Shown one piece after another: positions 16,801 to 24,501 of a stretch of DNA of 64,000 nt. The notes under the pieces are model-generated. The model saw only the letters and a program-made list of their open reading frames with translations, did no database searches and was not told where the DNA came from. Each line of letters opens with the position of its first letter. The first letter of the stretch is position 1. A program made the translations under genes and the position numbers. Source of the stretch: an uncultured Methanosarcinales archaeon (GTDB lineage: Archaea; Nanobdellota; Nanobdellia; Woesearchaeales; CAXGTL01); assembly GCA_964645705.1 (NCBI GenBank), contig CAZYAB010000001.1:16749-80748 (forward strand), written 5' to 3'.

Positions 16801-17727
16801 ACTTCATCAGGAAGTGGATCAGGAGGATCATCTGGTGGAGGCGGATCAGGTGGTTCAACAATTGATAATTTAAAGATTAGCATATTTTATGTTAACATAG
16901 ACAAAGGACAATGGGGAATGCTTGCTACTGAACTTGATAACACAGGATCATATATCTTTGATACAAATGATTTAATAGATGGTCGTTATATTTTTGAGAT
17001 CTATGCAGAAAGCCCAGAAACTCTTGAGTGGGATTATGATTCAGTTGGTTTAATATATATAGATAATTATGAAAATGAACCAATTGCACATGCTGGTTAT
17101 GATACAGCAGCAGTTGTAGGCGAAACAGTTATTTTAGATGGTTCAAGATCATATGATGTTGACCCATATGATGATCTTAATTTTTATTGGCAACAAATAA
17201 CAGGACCAGTTCCATCTGCAATTATGAACCAATATAGTAGGTTTGCATCATTTGTACCAGCAGCACCAGGAACTTATTTGTTTAATTTATGTGTTGATGA
17301 TGGATATTATGGAGATTGTGATGAAGTTATAATAACAGTAACAGGCGAACCAATGCCTCAAGCATTAAAAATAATGAAACCACAAGAAGAAGAAAAAGAA
17401 CCATTAGTAAGAGACATATTTGTTAGCAGTGTAGAAGCAGATGACAACAAGGTTTATTATGAACCTGGTGAAAGAATGCATCTTAGTGTTTCATTTGCAA
17501 ATGAATTAGAAGAAGACATTGAACAAGCAACTGTTCAAATAATTGCACCAAAACTAAGATTATTAAGAGAATTTGGTCCATTTGAACTAGAAGAAGAAGA
17601 GATGGTTACTAAAGAAGTAGTATTCACAATACCCGAAGATGCAAAACCAGGAACTTATGAAGTAAGGGTAATAATCACAACACCAGAAGATCAAAGAGTA
17701 AAAATAAGAAAGATCAAGATATTATAA
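13900..17727 (+). CDS. large secreted cell-surface protein with PKD-like domains, internal ~230-aa duplication, acidic and Gly/Ser linkers
   Basis: Signal peptide MKTKNILFFMFIMIMLALTASGVFA. Two PKD-like signatures (APLEVTF…DDxxI…HTY, WDLGDGT) and a third Ig-like module near the C-terminus. Also a D/E-rich stretch and an SSGSGSGGSSGGGGSGGS linker. Confidence 0.7.
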   Translation: MKTKNILFFMFIMIMLALTASGVFAAESRFTVKTAAVDRDTRDYINPCNINLGGVEKIGTPNANYEINSNTVYAVTHSADGYETDTDYIFLDENLDSCEGENTGDMCYLTSYSSSDSEFNTVCEFSAEYQSWLCDVTNNGRTESYIYAQEQGAVAYVINTLSPVDQENQPPVVDVEATPLEGEAPLEVTFTIDVTDDESISRVMVFFGDDTSTLAQEQSIVIHTYEKPGIYEAQIVAHDNQGLPTEEIVEITVSEQPGADTFLVKTAAVDRETDEYINPCNINLGGVEKIGTPNANYEVNSNTVYTVTHSASGYETDTDSIYLDSHLILCEGENTGDVCELSSYSSSDIKFDTVCEYSAESQGWLCDVTDTSKDKTQSYIYDPFQEGNVVYVINTLAPVDPENQPPVVNAQVLPLEGDAPLNVGFTIDVTDDESINQVIVFFGDGSSQETDPQDFIIHTYTQPGTYTAEIVAHDNQGLPTIVEYEITVNRVQAYPIIVKAEANPAIGTAPLEVTFSNEVTDDGFFKKVEWDLGDGTKVIVDAVAEFTYTYENDGDYVATLTATDNEDLTVQSDGIFIEVLEWNPQANVYPSVTIHSPQQGDVVIGDLDVNVQMLDPDGTIDEYAIELLDENDDFVNLLSHGHPYEQGVIYFNSFDSTIFADGNYKIKVHAWDNEGAHTSVTSGLFEIDNIAPSENTPPVPKIYEPDEGEVFSGDESIVFEVYDEQGGDIEIALVLEYEPSGEKDTLLQTVVELDPYEVFEFDEVFQTEYYPDGMYTLRLFATDEDYEREDHVLFEIDNFEAEVHVEFIQPQDGDVIDGIYEIQWDAYEYEGAEPVDDEPAKEEDEEIDEDEVEEFLEELADELEDELDDEFGLLLTDDFIEEVAEYVVNIMEEVLYDIDDIDDLEEVLEEFAEEFYDDLEDELGDLLPEETIEDMTNLVMDVIIDTLDDYEDMFDYLGTFNSPSTYATSSGSGSGGSSGGGGSGGSTIDNLKISIFYVNIDKGQWGMLATELDNTGSYIFDTNDLIDGRYIFEIYAESPETLEWDYDSVGLIYIDNYENEPIAHAGYDTAAVVGETVILDGSRSYDVDPYDDLNFYWQQITGPVPSAIMNQYSRFASFVPAAPGTYLFNLCVDDGYYGDCDEVIITVTGEPMPQALKIMKPQEEEKEPLVRDIFVSSVEADDNKVYYEPGERMHLSVSFANELEEDIEQATVQIIAPKLRLLREFGPFELEEEEMVTKEVVFTIPEDAKPGTYEVRVIITTPEDQRVKIRKIKIL
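13978..15364 (+). repeat. intragenic tandem duplication (two ~690-nt copies)
   Basis: Protein segments FTVKTAAVDRDTRDYINPCNINLGGVEKIGTPNANYE… and FLVKTAAVDRETDEYINPCNINLGGVEKIGTPNANYE… are ~70% identical over ~230 aa. Confidence 0.7.
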
Positions 17728-18050
17728 TAATGTCATGATCTTATTTTTTTATTATTTTTACGATAAGATTATCCTAACATTTAAAAAATAATGCTCATTA
17801 TTCATGGAAAACATTAAAAAAAGAGGCAAAATGTGACAAAAATGTCGCACGTGTGTCGTATATAGCCAGGGAGTGATTTATTGACCCTTATAGATAGTAA
17901 AATTTATATATCAATTGTGACTCCCAAATGGTTATTAAAAGTAGTCACTCCAAAATAGAAAACTTTAAATATTGGAACAGATTACTTTGATCATATATGG
18001 CTCGTAAGAGAACCTAAAAATCTTAAAACAATGTAGGAGGGATATTAAAA

Positions 18051-19553
18051 ATGGTTATGAAAAAATTTTTAGGATTAACACTATTAGTTGTACTGATGTT
18101 TAGTGCTTTTGTATCAGCATCTGCATTAGACGAACTAAGATGGGAACAAGAGTATATGCATGAGAGAGGAAGAAAGGTTTTAGTTGTTGACAGAATCGAA
18201 GTAGAAGGCACAGATGTTCTAGAATTTCATCCTGAAAACAGACCTGTTATCGACCTTAATAGAGGAGAAGAATTAGAAGTTGAAGTAACTCTAATGAATA
18301 AGATGACAGATGTTGAAGATGAAGAAGTTTGGGACCCTATCGAAGGATGGGAAACTCAATATGTAGACATCGATGTTGAAGACGCAACAATGTATGTTTC
18401 TTTTTGGTATGAAGATGCAGAAGAAGAAGGTACAATGGATAGAGTAGAAGTTGATCTTGATGCTGGAGCATCAGATTCATATACTGCTAAACTAAAGCTA
18501 CCAAAAGATATGCCACAAGAAGAAGCACAACTATACATAGAAGTAAGAGACAAGTCAGGACAAGTATGGTTAATGTCACACGTATTTGATCCAATGTATG
18601 AAGAACCTGATGATGATTGGTATGAATATGGTGAATGGGTTTATCTGAATGACTTCTTTGATGGTGGAATTCCTCTAACAATAAGAGCTCAAAGTGAACA
18701 CTTAATAGACATTAAGGATATCATGCTACACCCAGAATCTAGAGTTACAGCTGGTGATTTATTAACAGCTCAAGTAAGGCTAGAAAATATTGGTGAAGTG
18801 GATATTGAAGAAGATGATGTTAAGGTTACAGCAAGAGTGCTAGGATTAGACGATGCAATGGATTCAACATATCTATTAAAAGAATTAGAATATGAAGATG
18901 AAGCATCAACAGAACCACTTAGCTTTTACATACCGCTTTGTGCAAAACCAGGAGAATATACTTTAGAAGTTACTGTTGAATATGATGATGGCGACGAAAA
19001 GCAAACTGCAGAAAGAAAAATAACTGTTGTTGGGTCTGGTTCAGACATGTGTGCTGAAAAAGCTCAATCAGGAGAAACATCAGTTAACATAATTAGTGGA
19101 ATGCAAGTTTTAAGTGAAAGTCAAAAAATGGCAACATTCCCAGTTGTAATAACAAACAATGCAGACACATCAAAAGCATTTGTTGTTAGTGCTGACGCAC
19201 TAGGCGATTGGGCATCTGAAGTAAAAGTTCAAGAAACTTCAGTAGTTATTGACGCAGGAAAACAAAAAACAGTTTTAGTACTTGCAACTGCTAAAGATGA
19301 CGCACAAGCTGGTAAACAATTAGTTTCAATAAAAGTTAAAGACTCAGAAGGAAACACAGTTCAAGAAGAAGCAGCTGAACTAAGCATTGCTGGTTCAACA
19401 GGCGGATTTGGAAAGATGTCCTTTAGAAGAGTTTTAGAAGTTGGACTGATTGTATTAGTAATATTGTTAGTGCTTTTAGGCTTAATCATAGGTTTTAACA
19501 AATTAAAAGAAGATGAAGAAGACCTAGAAGAAGAAGACAAAAGCTATTACTAA
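18051..19553 (+). CDS. secreted acidic protein with C-terminal TM anchor (hypothetical)
   Basis: TAGGAGGG SD. Signal peptide MVMKKFLGLTLLVVLMFSAFVSASA. A C-terminal hydrophobic helix VGLIVLVILLVLLGLIIGF is followed by an acidic tail. Confidence 0.55.
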   Translation: MVMKKFLGLTLLVVLMFSAFVSASALDELRWEQEYMHERGRKVLVVDRIEVEGTDVLEFHPENRPVIDLNRGEELEVEVTLMNKMTDVEDEEVWDPIEGWETQYVDIDVEDATMYVSFWYEDAEEEGTMDRVEVDLDAGASDSYTAKLKLPKDMPQEEAQLYIEVRDKSGQVWLMSHVFDPMYEEPDDDWYEYGEWVYLNDFFDGGIPLTIRAQSEHLIDIKDIMLHPESRVTAGDLLTAQVRLENIGEVDIEEDDVKVTARVLGLDDAMDSTYLLKELEYEDEASTEPLSFYIPLCAKPGEYTLEVTVEYDDGDEKQTAERKITVVGSGSDMCAEKAQSGETSVNIISGMQVLSESQKMATFPVVITNNADTSKAFVVSADALGDWASEVKVQETSVVIDAGKQKTVLVLATAKDDAQAGKQLVSIKVKDSEGNTVQEEAAELSIAGSTGGFGKMSFRRVLEVGLIVLVILLVLLGLIIGFNKLKEDEEDLEEEDKSYY

Positions 19554-19661
19554 ACCTTTTTTAATTTAATTTTTTTTCTTTATTTTTTTAACAACAAACA
19601 TAGCAAAAATTAATCAATGAATAAAAAGGGGGATAACAAAAAATAGAAGGTATTGTAAAAA

Positions 19662-22613
19662 ATGCATATAAAGGTTGATAGATCTGAAAAAAAATCAATT
19701 TATGTTTCTCATGTTTCTATAATTTTATTTTTTACGTTCCTATTTATTGTTCTATTGTCATCAAATGTTTTATCAGTAGAGGATTTCACAGCTTACACAG
19801 CAAATCCAGATGATATTTCATTTGATCTTTGTCAATGTTCGCCAAGAATATTAGAATTTAAGATAAAAAACATAGGTTATTTAGATCATTCTTATAATAT
19901 TCATTTTGAAAACACAGCAAAGAACTTTGTCCAACCAAGCAAATCTTCAATATCAGTTGGATCTGGACAAGAAAAAGTATTTTATGCTTTAGTAGGTGCT
20001 CCTTGCAATGAAAAAGGAACATATGTCTTAGACACAATGATAATAGATGATCAGGGCCTTGCAAAAAAGATAACTCATACAATGAACATAAAAAGATGCA
20101 TTAATATTGATGTAGTACCTATTAATCAGAACCAAACAACTTCATCATGTAAAGCATTGGTTTATGAATATAAAATAAAAAATACAGGTGATTTTCAAGA
20201 AACATATGATATAAAAATTAAGCCAGAGTCAAGAAAAATCAAGAAATTTATATCAACTAACAAAAAATCTTTTGTATTAAAGCCAAAAACAGAAGAATCT
20301 TTACTTGTTTATTTTACTCCTGATTGTAATTATTTTGGTCATACTATGAATAAATTGATTATTTATACTGATAATACAGATCTAAAAGCTACTACTTATT
20401 TTGAGATCAATGTTTTGCCTAAATTCGACTTCTTAGCAAATATAGACGAAGAATTCAACCTTTGTGAACAAAAAGATTATATTAAAAACATTTACATAAA
20501 AAATCAAGAAGATAAAGCACAAAAATTTTTATTATCAATTCAGGAACCAAGCTTCGCAGATCTTTCAGCTAAATCAATTACATTAGGCCCTGATACAGAA
20601 TACGACTTGAATTTCACTTTATCTCCTGGAAAAGATTCTAAAGGAGACTATCCTTTATTATTAAAAATTAAGCTAGAAGATGGGCCAGCATTAAAAACAC
20701 TTAGTTCAAATATTACTGTAAATGAATGTTATGATTTTGATATAACTTTGCCTGATAGTCCTAAAGCATGCAATAAGGAACAGTCAAAAATACCAATTAC
20801 TATTATTAATAATGCCGAAACAGATGAAGAATTTGAATTAGAATTTGAATCAGATGATGAAAAGTACAATTCAACTAAATTTGAACAAGAAACAATAACA
20901 GTAACAAAAGATTCTGAAAACAACGCATTTTTATTGATAACTCCTGATGATGATATATTTGTAAGGGGAACTATCATTGCAAGACCAAAATCAAATCCTG
21001 ATTTAGAAATAGAAAAAACAATATTAATAAGAACTGTTTCAGAAGACAAATGTTATGAGATTATAACTTTAGAAGATGAGTTTGTTTTGCCAAAGAATGA
21101 TTCCAGGAAATCTATTGAATTAACATTAAAAAACACAGGCGTCTTAAAAACAGATTATGATCTTGCAATAGAGGACACAGAACAATTATTTTCATTAGAT
21201 ATAGATAAATTAACACTAGAACCAGGTGAAGAATCATCAATTAACTTAAATTATGATATTCCTGAAAATATAAGTAAAATTAGATTTGAAGCACTTTTAT
21301 TAGCTAGCGTCAGTACAGAAAATTACACCTATTCTTCAAAACTAATTCTAAGAAAACAAACCACATTCTCAGATTTATTTAAATATAATAACTTACGTAT
21401 TTTAGGTATATTAATAATATTTATACTTTTAGTTATTATTGCATTTATAATTTACATTCAGAAAACAGAAGGCGCATTTAAATCTAAGAAAAAGAAAGAT
21501 AAAAAAACAAAAGAAAAGGTTAAAAAGAAAGGAGTTAAACACAAAGCAGAGAAAAAAGTAAAAAAAAAGAAAAAGAAAAAGAAGAAAAAACCAAAGAAAT
21601 TCTTTGATGTTGATCTTAAGTTTTCAGATAAACATCTTGAAAAAGGCTATGTGTTTGATTTTGATAGAAAACCTAAAAAAACAACTTCGTTTTGGAAATA
21701 TTTCTGGATAATAATTTGCATTTTAGTGATTATTTTGTTAATAATAGGTGCTTATTATTATATGCCGACTATTAAAACAAAAGTCTCTACAAGTTTTAAT
21801 ATTACATTAGGCGATAAATTGAATAATAAGTTACTTAGTGCTTTTAATTTTTCGTCACTTATTCAGCCAATAGATATAATAACTGATCAACAAGAACCAG
21901 ACCAAACAGATACGCAGGATTTTGTAGAGGAAATAGATGAAGAAGAAAAAATAAAGGATGATGAAGTGGAAGAGGATAAAGATGATGAAGAAGAAATGGA
22001 TGAAGACGAAGAAGAGCCAGAAAAAGTAGAAGAAGAACACACAGATATTGGTAAAGAAATAATGCAAGAATTTGAAAGAAAAAGACAAGAATTAGATAAA
22101 CCAAATAAAACAATTGAACCTAAATTTGATCCGTTATTAATAAAGAGCACAATTCTAAGCTATGGTTCATCTTATTTATATTATTTTTACTATCTTATTT
22201 TTGCTATATTAATATTATTCATTTTAATATTAGTGATAAATCGTTTAAAAAAGGGGGGAGAGAACAAAAAGCCAGAAAAAAAAGCAAAAAAACACAAAGT
22301 AAAAGTAAAAACAAAAAAAGTAAAAGCATCCAAAACCATAAGAAAAGCAAAAAGCAAAAAAACAAGACCCAAATCTAAAAAAGATAAGAAAGTCTCACAA
22401 GAGAGCAAAACAAAGTTTTGGAAAATTCTTTTATGGATTTTATTGATTATGGTGATTGCTTTCCTAATAGTTTATTACATAAACATGATAAGAGAATATC
22501 TTTACTATGTTTTAATAGGAGTAATTATTTTGATAATATTGATAATAATTGATAAAAAAAGGCAAAAACAAGATAACAACACCAATAAAAAGAGTACTAA
22601 TAAAAAGAAATGA
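19662..22613 (+). CDS. large multi-pass membrane protein with alternating poly-Lys and poly-Asp/Glu linkers (hypothetical)
   Basis: N-terminal TM, a ~520-aa Cys-containing ectodomain, then 5 further TM helices. These are separated by K-rich (KKKKDKKTKEKVKKKG…) and D/E-rich (EEIDEEEKIKDDEVEEDKDDEEE…) segments. Confidence 0.5.
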   Translation: MHIKVDRSEKKSIYVSHVSIILFFTFLFIVLLSSNVLSVEDFTAYTANPDDISFDLCQCSPRILEFKIKNIGYLDHSYNIHFENTAKNFVQPSKSSISVGSGQEKVFYALVGAPCNEKGTYVLDTMIIDDQGLAKKITHTMNIKRCINIDVVPINQNQTTSSCKALVYEYKIKNTGDFQETYDIKIKPESRKIKKFISTNKKSFVLKPKTEESLLVYFTPDCNYFGHTMNKLIIYTDNTDLKATTYFEINVLPKFDFLANIDEEFNLCEQKDYIKNIYIKNQEDKAQKFLLSIQEPSFADLSAKSITLGPDTEYDLNFTLSPGKDSKGDYPLLLKIKLEDGPALKTLSSNITVNECYDFDITLPDSPKACNKEQSKIPITIINNAETDEEFELEFESDDEKYNSTKFEQETITVTKDSENNAFLLITPDDDIFVRGTIIARPKSNPDLEIEKTILIRTVSEDKCYEIITLEDEFVLPKNDSRKSIELTLKNTGVLKTDYDLAIEDTEQLFSLDIDKLTLEPGEESSINLNYDIPENISKIRFEALLLASVSTENYTYSSKLILRKQTTFSDLFKYNNLRILGILIIFILLVIIAFIIYIQKTEGAFKSKKKKDKKTKEKVKKKGVKHKAEKKVKKKKKKKKKKPKKFFDVDLKFSDKHLEKGYVFDFDRKPKKTTSFWKYFWIIICILVIILLIIGAYYYMPTIKTKVSTSFNITLGDKLNNKLLSAFNFSSLIQPIDIITDQQEPDQTDTQDFVEEIDEEEKIKDDEVEEDKDDEEEMDEDEEEPEKVEEEHTDIGKEIMQEFERKRQELDKPNKTIEPKFDPLLIKSTILSYGSSYLYYFYYLIFAILILFILILVINRLKKGGENKKPEKKAKKHKVKVKTKKVKASKTIRKAKSKKTRPKSKKDKKVSQESKTKFWKILLWILLIMVIAFLIVYYINMIREYLYYVLIGVIILIILIIIDKKRQKQDNNTNKKSTNKKK

Positions 22614-22642
22614 TTATATACTTTTTCTTTATCCCTTATATT

Positions 22643-23809
22643 ATGCATAAAAATAAAACCAAAAACAAGAAAAACAAGAACATTGCAATAATCGGAGCAG
22701 GACCTGCGGGTTTGTATTCTGCGTACTTATTAGCAAAAAATGATAATAATCTTAACATCATAGTTTTTGAAGAGCATAATAAAATAGGAATTCCTGTAAA
22801 ATGTACTGGCTTAGTGACGAATTCTATCCAAAAAATAATGAAAATTCCAAAAAACATAATTAAAAATAAGATTGAATTTGCAAACATAATTTCACCAAAC
22901 AACCAAACCATTACAATTAAATTAAAAGATCCGAATTTGGTGCTAGATCGTGCTAAATTTGATCAATTCTTAGAGAGAAAAGCCAAAGATTCTGGTGTAA
23001 AAATACAAACAAATCACATATTTTACCGTCTTAAAAATAACAATTCTAATACAATCATTCTAAAGAATAAAAACAAAAATATAGAATATAGAACCCACTT
23101 TCTTATTGGTGCTGATGGACCACAAAGTATGGTCAATAAGTTGATCAATCCAAATACGAGGAATAAATTCTTAGTAGGAATACAAACACGCATTAAAGTA
23201 AAAATAAAGAACAAAAATATATTAGAGTTCTATCCAGTAAAACAAGGTTTTTGCTGGTTTGTTCCTGAATCAGACACAATTGCAAGAATAGGAATAGCTT
23301 GTTACAAAGATCAAAAAAAAACATTCAATGATTTCATAAAAAGAATTGAATCCGCACACAAGATTAAAGTAAGTAAAAAAAACAAGATAGATTATCAAGC
23401 AGGCCTTATTCCAATATATAATTCTAAGATAAAGACATATAAGAAAATCAATAATTTGCCGATTTATATAGTCGGTGATGCAGCAACGCAAGTCAAAGCA
23501 ACAACTGCAGGCGGAATAATACAATCATTATTAGCAGCACAGGCATTATACAGATCAATCAAATATAATGAAAATTATAAAAAACACTTAAGACAAATAT
23601 TAAATAAAGATCTTTTTATTCATTTTCTGATAAGAAAAATACTTGATAATTTTACAAATAAAGATCATGATTACTTATTTAAACTAACAAATCAGAAGAA
23701 AATTAAGAAATTTTTATCAAAAATAGACAGAGACAACATATTGAGATTATCATTTAAAATGCTACTAAATGAGCCAAGATATTTATATTTCATTAAAAGA
23801 ATACTCTAA
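22643..23809 (+). CDS. FAD-dependent geranylgeranyl reductase family oxidoreductase
   Basis: IAIIGAGPAGLYSAYLLA (dinucleotide-binding GxGxxG) and GADGPQSMV. Size ~390 aa. Start taken at MHKNK, inside the longer ORF-track call. Confidence 0.65.
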   Translation: MHKNKTKNKKNKNIAIIGAGPAGLYSAYLLAKNDNNLNIIVFEEHNKIGIPVKCTGLVTNSIQKIMKIPKNIIKNKIEFANIISPNNQTITIKLKDPNLVLDRAKFDQFLERKAKDSGVKIQTNHIFYRLKNNNSNTIILKNKNKNIEYRTHFLIGADGPQSMVNKLINPNTRNKFLVGIQTRIKVKIKNKNILEFYPVKQGFCWFVPESDTIARIGIACYKDQKKTFNDFIKRIESAHKIKVSKKNKIDYQAGLIPIYNSKIKTYKKINNLPIYIVGDAATQVKATTAGGIIQSLLAAQALYRSIKYNENYKKHLRQILNKDLFIHFLIRKILDNFTNKDHDYLFKLTNQKKIKKFLSKIDRDNILRLSFKMLLNEPRYLYFIKRIL

Positions 23810-23866
23810 AAAGCAAACTTTATAAATAAACATCACTTTCATCAGGATAATTTTGGGGGAAAAAAT

Positions 23867-24436
23867 TTGGGAAAAAAAAGATTGATTTTAAGAAAAGAAA
23901 ATGTTGCATTATTTATTCTAATTATAATGGTGTTTAGTGTATTTGGTATGTGGAAAGCTTCTCAAGCAAATACAGTTGAATACAATGGTTTCGAGTTTAT
24001 TTTGACACAAAATGGGTGGCTTACTACAATAAACGATAAACAATATTTTTTCAATTTTCTTCCTAATGAACTTGAACAAATTAATTCAACACCAATTGAT
24101 TTGAATGGACCCAAAGTATACATTGCTTATGATTCTAAGGATAAGGGACTAGAAAAAACAAATACAATTAATTATTTGGGTTCTATTATATTTCAAAAAG
24201 GAATAAGGGTTGTTTTATCTTGTACAGATGAGGAAAATTGTCCTGATGATGAATGGCCCATTGTTAAATGCGATGACGCTTCTGCTGATGTAATTCTACT
24301 TAAAGCTAATCACGAAGATAATGAATCAAAGATATTTAAACAAGATAAATGTTATGTAATTCAAGCAGGCAATAATTTCGATCTTAGTTTATTAAGAGAG
24401 AAATTTGCTTATAGTCTTTTAAAAATAATAGAATAA
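23867..24436 (+). CDS. hypothetical membrane-anchored protein
   Basis: Single N-terminal TM (VALFILIIMVFSVFGMW), then ~160 aa with several Cys. No domain recognised. Confidence 0.4.
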   Translation: MGKKRLILRKENVALFILIIMVFSVFGMWKASQANTVEYNGFEFILTQNGWLTTINDKQYFFNFLPNELEQINSTPIDLNGPKVYIAYDSKDKGLEKTNTINYLGSIIFQKGIRVVLSCTDEENCPDDEWPIVKCDDASADVILLKANHEDNESKIFKQDKCYVIQAGNNFDLSLLREKFAYSLLKIIE

Positions 24437-24451
24437 ATAAAATAATATGAA

Positions 24452-24487
24452 TAATAAATATATAAATATATAAATATATAAATATAT
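24452..24487 (+). promoter_or_regulatory. (TAAATATA)x4 tandem TATA-like repeat upstream of aglB
   Basis: ataaatatataaatatataaatatataaatatat ends 15 nt before the aglB ATG. Confidence 0.3.
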
Positions 24488-24501
24488 GGTGAAAAGATAA
24501 A

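Noticed and set aside
18051-19553. C-terminus GSTGGFG + TM as a PGF-CTERM archaeosortase signal
   Set aside because: The tripeptide is GGF not PGF. The TM is followed by a long acidic tail rather than a short basic one, so this is treated as a plain C-terminal TM anchor.
21855-22408. Minus-strand ORFs 21855..22150 (three overlapping) and 22190..22408
   Set aside because: They are antisense to the K-rich and D/E-rich low-complexity segments of the 983-aa gene. Their translations are poly-F/L/S low complexity.
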